A stretch of 63,372 bases of DNA, the filler included, from Octopus bimaculoides (Eukaryota), in the NCBI RefSeq assembly GCF_001194135.2. It is 9 parts of 9 records of this genome, joined end to end, with 100 filler letters (N's around TTAATTAATTAA, not from the genome) between each part and the next. Parts side by side here need not be neighbours in the genome. Positions count along the whole stretch, not along the records: positions 8,588 to 16,316 come from NC_068988.1; positions 16,417 to 23,731 come from NC_068991.1; 7 more parts are not named here. One strand, written 5' to 3'. The translations under genes were made by a program, and so were the position numbers. This document shows, piece after piece, positions 11,970 to 23,265 of this stretch. The notes beneath the pieces were generated by a model. That model searched no databases and had not been told where the DNA came from. It was given only the letters and a program-made list of their open reading frames with translations. The number at the start of each line of letters is the position of its first letter. Within the stretch, counting starts at the first letter, position 1.

Positions 11970-12125
11970 AGCAGAACCGATAGAATATCAGGCAAAATGG
12001 CGGTATTTTCGTCTCATTTCATTTACTTTTTTCAAACCCCACCGAAGTTAGATTTATCTTTTTAATCTCAGAGGTCGATAAAAAAAAACCTAGTCAAATA
12101 CTGGGATCGATCTAATGGTATGAAT
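11970..12125 (+). mobile_element. SINE family A, heavily decayed
   Basis: GGCGGTATTTTCGTC...GAGGTCGATAAAA...CTGGGATCGAT remnants. Confidence 0.55.
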
Positions 12126-12469
12126 GTACGCTTCTCCACATTGTGTTATTTTCAGCTTATATTAGACGTTATTGCTGATATCTTTATCAAAAGGCGTAAT
12201 AGCTGGCATTAAAGCTTTATAATAAATTGGAGTTTATAGGTGTGATTAAGTTTTGTAAACATGAGGAACGGAAAAATCTGATGTTTTAGGTCCAGATCCT
12301 CTACTGAGGAGCCCTAATTTGAAACATTGATATTTCCTCTCCTCATGAAAACATTAACACGTTCAAACTCTCTGATTTATTTTAACCATTGCTGCCGACG
12401 CAGAACCTGACCAGTGTCACTGGGTTCCAGATTTTACTCTTTATATAATTGATTTATAACAAACACAAC

Positions 12470-12570
12470 CCTCAACTCAGGCCATGAGTGATACTCGACT
12501 GATACTTATTTTATCGGCCCCGAAAGAGTGAAAAACAAAATCGAACTCAGCGAGATTTGAACTCAGGGCG
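12470..12570 (-). mobile_element. SINE family A, partial
   Basis: GATACTTATTTTATCGGCCCCGAAAG...GATTTGAACTCAG. Confidence 0.6.
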
Positions 12571-12759
12571 TTAGTGTATGCAACTAAATATCGAAAATTT
12601 AATTATTTTGTCTATCACTGGTAATCAGTCTACAAATAAATTACAGAACGCTTATTTTTATTGATGCTACACCGAACAGTTCCTTACATTATACCCTTTA
12701 CTTCTACCATCCGCAAAAGTGGATAGTAGAAGTAATGAAATCATGTAAGGATCAACGTA

Positions 12760-12927
12760 AAATCTTCCATATAATCACAGTATCTGCTGAAAATAGCAGC
12801 CAAATAACTATCAAATGATGTCCTACCAACTTAAAACGTCAGAAAAGATGACGTGAGGGTCACGGCTGAGGCGTCTTTGATCATAGGTGTTACTCAATCT
12901 CTGCTGACCTGGAGCTAAACAACAATA
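12760..12927 (+). mobile_element. SINE-like family E, 3' part
   Basis: Ends CTTTGATCATAGG...CTGACCTGGAGCTAAACAACAA; related tail at ~14060-14105. Confidence 0.45.
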
Positions 12928-13744
12928 TCCTTTTGAGCCAACGGGAAAATCTCTTCACGGTTGCTGGCTCACTCTAAAATCATACCCTACCATCTTAAAC
13001 CAGAGATGACAGGTTAGATAATGTGGTCCTTGATATGCTGTACCTGAATAAAGACGAATGGCTACCACTGGAACGTCTTTGATCATATGCTTTGCTTGGT
13101 GTGTGTTAGCCCATTGCAGAAGAACAGCAGCAGTGATAATTATAACATCTTCACATCTTTTTGTACTCAATTCTCATATCACCGGCGGCTATGGAAATCC
13201 CAATCTCCTTCTCTTAGGCCTCACAGCGTTCGTTCCCATCAAACAATGGCGTCTGCAGCCACCTGCTGTGTTGTACAGACAGCAGCTGGCTATACTTATT
13301 TGCTCGTCTGTTTTAGAAAATGCGTTTGTGCTTCATAGGTGTGTATTAAATACCAGATGTCGCTTATACCGTACACTGTTGCACGAAAACGACACACAAT
13401 ATCACTTCATATACCGTGACCGTAACAGGCAGCATTATCACCATTGTCAACATGACGAGAGGAAAATATCTCAAGCGAGTAATATCTGCATTTTAAGTAC
13501 ACAAGCAGTTACGTCTCACATTTGTAATATAGTGAATATAAAACAGAGATTACCCATGCAATTAATCCACAATAACTTCTTCGGGTATTTTTAAAATCTA
13601 AAATAAGGAAGGTAGATTACTCCAGCAAGATAGGTTAATTAAAATTTTATCACTATTAATATCACTATCACCACATCACTACTTTCTCTGTCGTTATCTT
13701 CACCCTCATCATTACCACCACCGTGAGAAACAACGATCCAACGT

Positions 13745-14105
13745 GACGCTTTCATGAAGTTACTCGATCTCATAGTAATAGCAACCAAATTTCCTCAAAT
13801 CATTTGCTAATTTGTGAAGTATAGAAATAATACGTCAGACGAAATGATACAAAATGCCTCTAAAACAATATGGTGAGGGCTAGGCAACAACATCACTTAC
13901 CCTATCGCTTCCATTATCTATGTCTCTATGTGGTAGTTAAACAAGCAAGAAATAGCAGCCTACCTCCTTCAAATCAAACATCATCTTAAAAGACACATAG
14001 GTAGATATATTTCTAGATATGGTATGCTTAAAACAAAATGAGTTGAAGTTGACCAAAATACCTTTGACCATAGGTCTGCTCGATCAAGATGACCTATGGC
14101 CAAGC
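13745..14105 (+). mobile_element. SINE-like family E, decayed
   Basis: Shares AAATAGCAGCC and CTTTGACCATAGGTCTGCTCGATC...GACCT with the 12760-12927 copy. Confidence 0.4.
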
Positions 14106-14395
14106 ACCACTCGCAACACCATCACACATCAAGCAATGAGAAATAGAAGGCAGATCTCCCTCAATGTACACAGCACAGTTTTAAAATAGGAAGAACATAC
14201 TGGAAGATTTATTCCAAAATAAACTAAGTTTACAAAGATGGATACCACAACTAGAACGCCTATGACCAAATATGTATGCTCAATCAAATGAGGAGCCATA
14301 AGCATGACAAGAGCAACAATAATAACAACAACGCTAACAATATCTGCGACAAAACGTCATCATCATCATCTCCAACTAACCAACAGGAGGTCCTC

Positions 14396-14620
14396 TACAG
14401 GAAGAGAGGTGCTGAAAAGTCCCTGGCTTTGGGTAAAAGAAAATACAGGACGACCAGTTAATTATGATTTAATCCACCATTAATCCCCTCTCAGATTCAC
14501 ACATTTATTGTCCTTCAGTTTTCTTAAGCCTTGTAAAAGAAATCGGAAGGTCGGGCCTCTAACCAGGCTTTTCGCAAAACCCTTAAAACCAGGAAATTTT
14601 TCAGCCCCCCCCCCCTCGTA
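14396..14620. mobile_element. Tc1/mariner-type MITE (family M1)
   Basis: Imperfect TIRs GCTGAAAAGTCCCTGG ... CCAGGAAATTTTTCAGC(C)nTCGTA with TA ends; second copy at 22579-22790. Confidence 0.8.
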
Positions 14621-14944
14621 TGTGGGCGATCAACCTGTTAGAAATAGTGGTCAGTTACATTTTATCATCTTGCAACAGGACATACTGAATAACCCTAGGG
14701 ATGCTATATCTGAAAATAAAGCAGCCTGGCTATGACTAGAATAGCTTTGGTCATGAGTTTGCTCAATCGAGTCAAGACTGAAACTATACAACAACTTCAT
14801 CAAAACAACTATTATCATCGCAATGACCTGAACAGGCTTCGCTGATGAGCGCTGAAAAGCAGAAGAGAAGAAATGTTGTGAAGGCTGTGACAGTGATCCA
14901 ATCAAGAAACTCTGCATGTGAGTGGAACTTCATTGAGGCAAGTG

Positions 14945-15557
14945 AAGTTTATATCTATTGGAGTCGTATTCATGAATGATATGTATCAGGTTGGATTGGA
15001 TGTTTGAAATACAGTTACTGGAACACTTATTCGCGAGCTCCAGCATTTGATCCTCAGCAGAGGAGAGGTTGGTAAAAACGTCAGATTTGCTATTTCCAAT
15101 TCGATTTTCGTGCCTATCCTCACTTATTCTCACGAATGTTGGGTAACGACCGACATAGTACGATGGCCAATGCAATCGACTGAAATAGGGTTCTTTCGAA
15201 GGATCTCTGAAGTAAGGGACTCGACAGGGTGCGTAAGTCAGAGATCAGGGAGTCTCTGCATTGAGCGGTAACAGCTCCGGAACTATAGACGTGTGCTTAG
15301 AAGGTCGCAAGAAAGAATCGCAAAACGGATTCTTCAAACAGAGCCAAGCAGTGGGAGACCTAATGGTAGGCCAAAGACGAGCTGATTGGATATAACATCC
15401 ATAGTCTCAATGGTCTCGTTTGAGAACCCAACCTGAAATTATGACAATTGCTTTTGATATGACCCTATGGAGGAGGCGCCTGGGACTCTACTCCCATGAC
15501 TCGCCCAGAAATAGTGGGCAGACAAAATGATGGATAGATGGATAGATGGATGGATGG
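14945..15557 (+). mobile_element. Rex3/Expander-like RTE LINE 3' fragment, degraded
   Basis: Peptides GVVFMND, SIFVPILTYSHECWVTT...EIGFFRRIS and GRPNGRPKT match the RTE post-RT region; terminates in a (GATG/GATA)n tail at 15529-15557. Confidence 0.8.
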
Positions 15558-15701
15558 AATATGACTCACAAAGCATATACCAGCAACTCATTGCTGTCAA
15601 AAGAAATCTCTTAATTATATTGCTGTTGGTGGGGCTGATGTTTTGGAAAATATTTACTGTTAACGGTTTACAACATACCAACAATTCTCCTTAAAATATA
15701 C

Positions 15702-15965
15702 ACAAGTGTCTTCTACTACGGCCACGGGACAACCAAAGCCTTGTAAGTGGATTTGGTAGACGGAAACTGAAAGAAGCTCNNNNNNNNNNTATATATATAT
15801 ATATATACATGTGCATCTGCTTCTGTGTTTGTCCCTCACCACCTCTTGACAACCGGTGGTGGTATGTTTACGTCCCCGTAATTTAGCGGTTCGGCATAAG
15901 AGACCGATAGAATAAGTACCAGGCTTTAAAAAAAAATTAGTATTGGGTTCGATTACATCTACTAA
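15702..15965 (+). mobile_element. SINE family B, 5'-truncated
   Basis: CAAGTGTCTTCTACT...GGATTTGGTAGACGGAAACTGAAAGAAGCTC, internal (TA)n, then GAGACCGATAGAATAAGTACC. Confidence 0.85.
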
Positions 15966-16281
15966 ACATGTAAATGATAAAAGATAAGCAACGGCTCACC
16001 AGAACTCACGACAATGCATCCGACACAGTATGAAAGATTCTGTGTTTCAGGGAAGAGTAAGTATATTCATTCTACACGCGGTTTCTTAACACTCGATCCC
16101 AAGATCCACAGTCTCTACAGGAACGTTCTACATTTAATTATCAGAATTTGGGACAAACTTTCATTGATTGTCATAAGAGGTAACTAACACGACGAGATAC
16201 AGCCATTCAAAGACTGAGTGCACAAACAACTCATATTAATATATATGTATATGTATATGTGTACGTGTATATACGTGTATA

Positions 16282-16316
<35 letters not shown>

Positions 16317-16416
16317 NNNNNNNNNNNNNNNNNNNNNNNNNNNNNNNNNNNNNNNNNNNNTTAATTAATTAANNNNNNNNNNNNNNNNNNNNNNNNNNNN
16401 NNNNNNNNNNNNNNNN

Positions 16417-16478
<62 letters not shown>

Positions 16479-16499
16479 TGTGTGTTTGTGTGTGTGGGT

Positions 16500-16710
16500 G
16501 TATGTTTGTCCCTCCATCCCATCATCGCTTGAGTACCGATGTTACTGTGTTTACTTCCCCGTAACCTAGCAGTTCGGCAAAAAGATGTCGATAGAATAAG
16601 TATTGAGCTTACAAAGAATAAGTCCAGGGGTCTATTTGTCCTACTAAGGGCTGTGCTCCAGCATGGCCGCAATCATATGACTAAAAGAAATAAAAGAATA
16701 AAAGAAAGAA
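16500..16710 (+). mobile_element. SINE family B, 3' half
   Basis: GTTCGGCAAAAAGA...GATAGAATAAGTA...GCTCCAGCATGGCCGCA...AAAAGAATAAAAG. Confidence 0.8.
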
Positions 16711-16811
16711 TGTGTGTGCTTGTGCGTGTGTGTGTGTGTATGTGTGTGTGCTTGTGTGTGTGTATGTATGTATGTATGTATGTATGTATGTATGTATGTA
16801 TGTTTGATTTA

Positions 16812-17130
16812 AGCGCAGGTGTAGCTGCGATTTAAGAAATTAGTCTCCAAACCGCTTGGGTCTTGGACAAGTTTCTTCTGATTTTGTCTGCGACCGACCA
16901 GAGCCTTGTGATTGGATTTGGTAGGCGAAACGGAAAAAACGTAGGCGTATATGTATGTACGCGCGCGTGTGTGTTTGTTTGTTATCTCCCCACCGCCACC
17001 GCTTGGCAACCGACGTTTGTATGTTTATGTCTCCGTAAACCTAAGAGTTCGGATATACAGAGCGATAGCATATGTACCAGACGTTGAAACTTAAATACTT
17101 GGACTAATTAGTTCAACTAAAATTCTTCAA
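16812..17130 (+). mobile_element. SINE family B, diverged
   Basis: GCGCAGGTGTAGCTG head, CTTGGACAAGT core, internal TG/CG repeat. Confidence 0.7.
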
Positions 17131-17572
17131 ATTGGTTAAACAATCAATTGCCTATTAGTTAGCAAGTTCAGTTGATATTCTTTGTTTATCAAACAGCCAA
17201 TTTATATTTCATGTTTGTCAGACAAACAACTCAGTGATTGTTTAACCAACGAATTAAATAAACGATCGGTTATTTAGACGGTTAGATATTTAACCGATTA
17301 ACTAACACCAAAGAAGTGATAATGAACCAGTGTGTGTGTTTATTATTACTGGCGTAACGACGCTCCCCAGACAACAATATGCATGCAAAACCTATGTGTG
17401 TGTGTTTCCCTCAGTTCTGTAATGCTTTTGTACAATGATCTCTTACAACACCTCATATTACTGATTTGGTTAATAATTTGTAATGGCGCATCTGACTTGA
17501 AATTTCTTCTGCAAAAGCATAAGCTGCAGGGACAGCGCCCTTGTGCATTCATGTGTATGTATGTAAAATATA

Positions 17573-17958
17573 AGTGGAGGTGCAATGGCCCAGTGGTTAG
17601 AGCAGCGGACTCGCGGTCATAGGATCACGGTTTCGATTCCCAGACCGGGCGTTGTGAGTGTTTATTGAGCGAAAACACCTAAAGCTCCACGAGGCTCCGG
17701 CAGAGGATGGTGGCGAACTCTGCTGTACTCTTTCACCACAACTTTCTCTCACTCTTACTTCCTGTTTCTGTAGTGCCTGTAATTCAAAGGGTCAGCCTCG
17801 TCACACTGTGTCACGCTGAATATCCCCGAGAACTACGTTAAGGGTACACGTGTCTGTGGAGTACTCAGCCACTTGCACGTTAATTTCTCGAGCAGGCTGT
17901 TCCGTTGATCGGATCAACTGGAACCCTCTACGCCGTAAGCGACGGAGTGCCAACAACA
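17573..17958 (+). mobile_element. tRNA-derived SINE family C, full length with 12-bp TSD
   Basis: A-box TGGCCCAGTGG, B-box GGTTTCGATTCCC, (CAA)n tail; TSD ATGTAAAATATA at 17561-17572 and 17959-17970; highly similar inverted copy at 36324-36709. Confidence 0.95.
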
Positions 17959-18450
17959 ATGTAAAATATATTTACAATCCAGCAACAGCCATGGGCTCGA
18001 CTTAGAGCATAAAGGAAACCACTGTTCATGTACTTCTAGAAATTCGTACATATAAATGTTTTGTGTTTTTGTGATACCTTATTGTTAAGAAGAGCGGCTT
18101 TAAAAATCCTAAAAGGACAATAGGCTCTAACAGACACCACAGTTTTATACATTCGTGTAAAATCTATTTTCTGTCTGGTAACTAATGTGTACACTTTGAA
18201 CGTTAGAACAGTGTTCACGAAATGCTGTTGGAACTAAACTATGTCTCTTCATTTATAATTCGTGACTTACCAAGACCGGTTTTTGAGAGTGTGATACAAC
18301 TCAGATAAAGAATGTTAGATTATTCCTTGTTAATCCACTGTACGGAACTTCAACTTGCAGTAGTTTTCGGGCCTTTGTTTCCAGAGTACATGAAATAGTT
18401 CAGCTTTTCTCAGTTTGCAAGCAAAGCTTCGAGGTTACATACGTCAGTCC

Positions 18451-18664
18451 TTTCTACTGAAGGGACAAGGCTTGAAACTTGTAGAGAGGGGACTAATCGA
18501 TTACATCAACCCCCAACGTTTCACTGGTACTTATTTTATCGACCTCAGGAAGGATGAAAGGCAAAGTTGCGTTCGGCGGAATTTGAACTCAGAATGTGAA
18601 GACGGATGAAATGTCGCTCAGCATTTGGACCGGTGTGCTAACAATTCTGTCAGCTCACCGACTT
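18451..18664 (-). mobile_element. SINE family A
   Basis: GGTACTTATTTTATCGACC...GGATGAAAGGCAAAG...GGAATTTGAACTCAGAA. Confidence 0.88.
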
Positions 18665-18815
18665 ACATTCACAGTAAGATATCGCCAGTTATTACTGTTG
18701 ACATTCAGACGTGAGGGTTCTGTTATTTTTTATCTTATTTTATTTTCATTTTATTTTCTTTTTATGTGCGAAATCAAAAAATCTTATTTTCTGATTGTAC
18801 TAATGACATTTACAG

Positions 18816-18902
18816 TGAATAAATTCACCACAAAACATTTGTTCAAGAAGCCTGATATCGCAAAAATGGATGACATGTCCAACACAACGAATGTGATACA
18901 GG
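18816..18902 (+). CDS. Candidate internal or first-coding exon (87 nt), product unknown
   Basis: Branch-point-like TACTAAT, acceptor TTTACAG|, donor AGG|GTAAGG (alternative AAG|GTAAAT at 18908). The only open frame is phase 1-1: NKFTTKHLFKKPDIAKMDDMSNTTNVIQ, with AAAATGG start context at 18866. No homology recognised. Confidence 0.3.
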
Positions 18903-19075
18903 GTAAGGTAAATTTCTTATATCCAAACCTTCTCAGCACTTCTGTGTCAATCCGAATGATTTACGTAGTTCTGGCGGAATCTGCCGATGATTATAGTTTC
19001 TGATATGGCATCCGTGTATCAGGCAAGTGTGTAGCATTAAAGAAATGTGGGATACATCACAAAAGCAAATATTAA

Positions 19076-19295
19076 CCCTTTAGTGTTCGGATTACTCTGT
19101 TAAATGTAATGATTTTTCACTCAAATTGTTTTTTAATTAATCATGCATTATCTTATAGCTTTGAGATTCCAATGATGTGATTGTTTATATTGAGAATGTC
19201 AATGTAGGTTAGGTGTGAGAGGCTAGATATCACCAGTTTCAATTAAAACATGTAGAATATTTGGGCTGGATATGGCCGGTTTAAACACTAAAGGG
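19076..19295. mobile_element. piggyBac-type MITE
   Basis: Perfect 12-bp TIR CCCTTTAGTGTT/AACACTAAAGGG flanked by TTAA TSDs (19072-19075, 19296-19299). Confidence 0.9.
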
Positions 19296-19481
19296 TTAAT
19301 GGAAGCTACAAGTTCTAATCTGACCAAAGTCTGTTCACGTGTGTTCCAAACATAATTGAAAGATGTTCACTCATCAAGTTGATATCAGATTCTAACGGTT
19401 TATCCTTGGAGACAAAACTACCAGGTTACACAAAAGAACCCATTACACCAAATTTAGTCATTTCAACAAGTGTATATATGT

Positions 19482-19540
<59 letters not shown>

Positions 19541-20062
19541 NNNNNNNNNNNNNNNNNNNNNNNNNNNNNNNNNNNNNNNNNNNNNNNNNNNNNNNNNNNN
19601 NNNNNNNNNNNNNNNNNNNNNNNNNNNNNNNNNNNNNNNNNNNNNNNNNNNNNNNNNNNNNNNNNNNNNNNNNNNNNNNNNNNNNNNNNNNNNNNNNNNN
19701 NNNNNNNNNNNNNNNNNNNNNNNNNNNNNNNNNNNNNNNNNNNNNNNNNNNNNNNNNNNNNNNNNNNNNNNNNNNNNNNNNNNNNNNNNNNNNNNNNNNN
19801 NNNNNNNNNNNNNNNNNNNNNNNNNNNNNNNNNNNNNNNNNNNNNNNNNNNNNNNNNNNNNNNNNNNNNNNNNNNNNNNNNNNNNNNNNNNNNNNNNNNN
19901 NNNNNNNNNNNNNNNNNNNNNNNNNNNNNNNNNNNNNNNNNNNNNNNNNNNNNNNNNNNNNNNNNNNNNNNNNNNNNNNNNNNNNNNNNNNNNNNNNNNN
20001 NNTTGGTTTTAATATGTTGCCACATTTGTAATATGTCTTTTTTTCTACATTTTTTCGTGCAG

Positions 20063-20092
20063 CTGAAGATTGCTCTTCATATTGCATTTAAG
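20063..20092 (+). CDS. Candidate 30-nt exon (identical copy at 34305-34334)
   Basis: TTTTTTCGTGCAG| ... AAG|GTAATG; open only in phase 0 (LKIALHIAFK); chance occurrence is plausible. Confidence 0.15.
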
Positions 20093-20265
20093 GTAATGCT
20101 CACATTACTTAAATAAATTGAAGTAGCATGAAACGTGCGTACTGCAATCACTTTTGAAATCCGTGTTGCTTATTATTTGATTTTAATCACCCATCCTTTT
20201 GGGATGTGATATTCGGGTGCCTTCGCATAAGTACCATATTCAAGCCTTGAATCTATATCTAAACC

Positions 20266-20314
<49 letters not shown>

Positions 20315-20882
20315 AAATTATATAGATATATAATCCTAAATACACACCCACATATATACATACATACATGTGTACATATGCATGTATGTACGTAAGCATA
20401 TATATAAATATATATATATATGGTTCCACATATAGCTTACCTGTGCCAGCTGTAAACATAACCATAGATTCTTTCAAGCTAATCGTAATTCCAGAAGCAC
20501 TACAAGAACTAGAAAACAAATGTCCATTATTTTATTGAATATCTGGGTCAATGTGAGCCACATCACATTCGTCAAGGAACAATAAATCCCTGGGCAGAAC
20601 TATATGAAGCTCTTTATTTTAGCTTTAAAGCGATACGGATGGAATAGTTTTAGTGTTGTACGATAACGGGGAAAATATATTCTATTTCACAGCATTGATT
20701 ACTATTAATGCGCGGTGAGAAGGGAATAAATTTGACGCAGGTATAGGCTCTTGCTTGACACCATTGTCACGCAAAATGTAAGCACGTGCGTGTGCGTGTG
20801 TTTGTGTGTACATGTGCGTGTGTACATATAAATATGTGTATGTGTATATCCACACACAAGCACACACAGGCACACACACACG

Positions 20883-20935
<53 letters not shown>

Positions 20936-20937
<2 letters not shown>

Positions 20938-20972
20938 CACGCCAGGTGGTATCAGAAAGTTCCCAGACTAGT
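20936..20972 (+). mobile_element. Possible lone mariner-type TIR
   Basis: GGTGGTATCAGAAAGTTCCCAGACT resembles mariner TIRs; the remainder is lost in the gap. Confidence 0.3.
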
Positions 20973-21813
20973 TATATATACGTACATAAAACCATATATA
21001 TATANNNNNNNNNNNNNNNNNNNNNNNNNNNNNNNNNNNNNNNNNNNNNNNNNNNNNNNNNNNNNNNNNNNNNNNNNNNNNNNNNNNNNNNNNNNNNNNN
21101 NNNNNNNNNNNNNNNNNNNNNNNNNNNNNNNNNNNNNNNNNNNNNNNNNNNNNNNNNNNNNNNNNNNNNNNNNNNNNNNNNNNNNNNNNNNNNNNNNNNN
21201 NNNNNNNNNNNNNNNNNNNNNNNNNNNNNNNNNNNNNNNNNNNNNNNNNNNNNNNNNNNNNNNNNNNNNNNNNNNNNNNNNNNNNNNNNNNNNNNNNNNN
21301 NNNNNNNNNNNNNNNNNNNNNNNNNNNNNNNNNNNNNNNNNNNNNNNNNNNNNNNNNNNNNNNNNNNNNNNNNNNNNNNNNNNNNNNNNNNNNNNNNNNN
21401 NNNNNNNNNNNNNNNNNNNNNNNNNNNNNNNNNNNNNNNNNNNNNNNNNNNNNNNNNNNNNNNNNNNNNNNNNNNNNNNNNNNNNNNNNNNNNNNNNNNN
21501 NNNNNNNNNNNNNNNNNNNNNNNNNNNNNNNNNNNNNNNNNNNNNNNNNNNNNNNNNNNNNNNNNNNNNNNNNNNNNNNNNNNNNNNNNNNNNNNNNNNN
21601 NNNNNNNNNNNNNNNNNNNNNNNNNNNNNNNNNNNNNNNNNNNNNNNNNNNNNNNNNNNNNNNNNNNNNNNNNNNNNNNNNNNNNNNNNNNNNNNNNNNN
21701 NNNNNNNNNNNNNNNNNNNNNNNNNNATATATACATATAACAAATATAATATATCTAAGTATAATATGATAGATAATGTAATATATAATATATGTAAGTA
21801 TATATATGTATAC

Positions 21814-21895
<82 letters not shown>

Positions 21896-22262
21896 ATGCA
21901 TGTATGTATATATGTATATATGTATGTATGTTAGTGTGATAAGCATAGTTGTTATAACATCGGACAGAATGCCTCAACGGTATTAGTCCTGATGCTCTGC
22001 GCTTTGATTTCAATTTCTGCTTAAGTAACGTTTTTCCCTTTGCTACTTTCATTGTGAATAAACGAACTACAAGTTCTACAGGAGGAAGAGATCCCTAGTG
22101 ACTTCTTTTTGCGGGCCCTTGCTTTCTGACGGCACTGTTGCCTTTCGCTCGAACAACACTGGAAGGGCACACAGTTGAGAGGTTTGAATGCTTGCTCAGT
22201 TGCTGGTCTTCCATGTAACTAACCTTGTCCAGGCATGCTTAAATATCGATTATTTTTTATCC

Positions 22263-22578
22263 ATGGCTGAGATCAGGTTAGTGTTAAGCAGAAGATGCAG
22301 ACGTAAAGTATTTCTTAATGGCTTTTTATACGTTAGCGACCAAGAAGACTGTAAACAATCTCATATATTGGAAATGTGACAGTTATTCAACATGTAATAG
22401 TCGAATGTATACTGACGGAAATGACATTCAAAACCAATCGACCGACTGCAATCACGCACCATGTCCAGAATGCAGTGAAGCGGAAAAGGCAATATGTAGA
22501 GTGTATAGAGAAAACACTACTAACTCAGATGAACAGCTATCAGCTATCATTCGACGTATCACACAGAATGTTCTACTT
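22263..22578 (+). pseudogene. FLYWCH zinc-finger fragment, probably the N-terminus of a Mutator/MULE transposase
   Basis: With one frameshift in the T-run at ~22323-22327: MAEIRLVLSRRCRRKVFLNGF(L)Y-TLATKKTVNNLIYWKCDSYSTCNSRMYT...CNHAP. This is the F-L-Y..W-x-C..C..(H)xH pattern with the first His replaced by Cys. Truncated by a MITE at 22579. Confidence 0.8.
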
Positions 22579-22790
22579 GTGCAAGGGGGTGCTGAAAAGT
22601 TCCTGGCTTTGAGGAAAATAAAATGAAAAGGATCAGTCAATTATGATTTTATTCAACATACTCCCCTCTCAGATTCACACTTATTGCAGCGGTCCTTCAG
22701 GTTTTCAAAGTTCTGTAAGAGAACTCGGAAGGTTAGGCCTTCAACCAGGCCTTTCGCGATACCCCAAGGAACTTCTCAGCAATCCTCGTG
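22579..22790. mobile_element. Tc1/mariner-type MITE (family M1, second copy)
   Basis: GGGGGTGCTGAAAAGTTCCTGG ... GGAACTTCTCAGCAATCCTCGT; internal homology to 14396-14620. Confidence 0.8.
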
Positions 22791-22804
22791 TGTGTGTGTG
22801 TGTG

Positions 22805-23018
22805 TACAGAGTGTCCATAAATGACCTTTACAATTTGAAAAATTCAGACAAAATGAAAAAAAAGGTTATCTCAACACAGTTTATTGGAGAACAGGCGGAC
22901 AAATAAAGTATTATGAAAACATGTCTACGCGGCTGCAAAGAAATTGACTGATGGATCTCAACTTTGAAAGATACAATAAATTGTGGATGTTGTAAAGATA
23001 ATTTATGAACATCTTCTA
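22805..23018. mobile_element. Tc1/mariner-type MITE (family M2)
   Basis: Left TACAGAGTGTCCATAAATGACCTTTACAA; right end TTGTAAAGATAATTTATGAACATC is its imperfect reverse complement. Confidence 0.65.
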
Positions 23019-23028
23019 TGTGCATGTC

Positions 23029-23098
<70 letters not shown>

Positions 23099-23122
23099 AC
23101 GTTATATACATANNNNNNNNNN

Positions 23123-23174
<52 letters not shown>

Positions 23175-23234
23175 ACGTTATATACATACATATATAGATA
23201 TACATATACATATGCATACATATATACATATATA

Positions 23235-23265
23235 CTGATGAAGAGTAATGACACTGAAACTAGTC
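23235..23265 (+). ncRNA. Minimal hammerhead-ribozyme-like motif (Penelope-type), probably degenerate
   Basis: CUGAUGA 23235-41; stem II AGAGU/ACACU (4/5 paired) with an AAUG loop; GAAA 23256-59; palindromic stem III ACUAGU; GUC cleavage triplet 23263-65. Stem I is weak (AUA/UCU). Confidence 0.5.

Noticed and set aside
14843-14862. CTGATGAGCGCTGAAA as a hammerhead
   Set aside because: No viable stem II, stem III or NUH site.
16051-16056. 6-nt + strand microexon (TTTCAG|GGAAGA|GTAAGT)
   Set aside because: Short pyrimidine tract; expected by chance; no supporting context.
17573-17650. tRNA genes at SINE heads (also 29781, 41976, 56067)
   Set aside because: A/B boxes are present but there is no complete cloverleaf, and each continues into a SINE body.
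13000-20500. Minus-strand exon chain (20440-20498, 16000-16039, 13.0-13.3 kb) giving Cys-rich peptides such as SCCLYNTAGGCRRHC
   Set aside because: The three-exon join creates a stop, and no family is recognisable; the CC..C..C resemblance to RECK/DB modules is too short to support.
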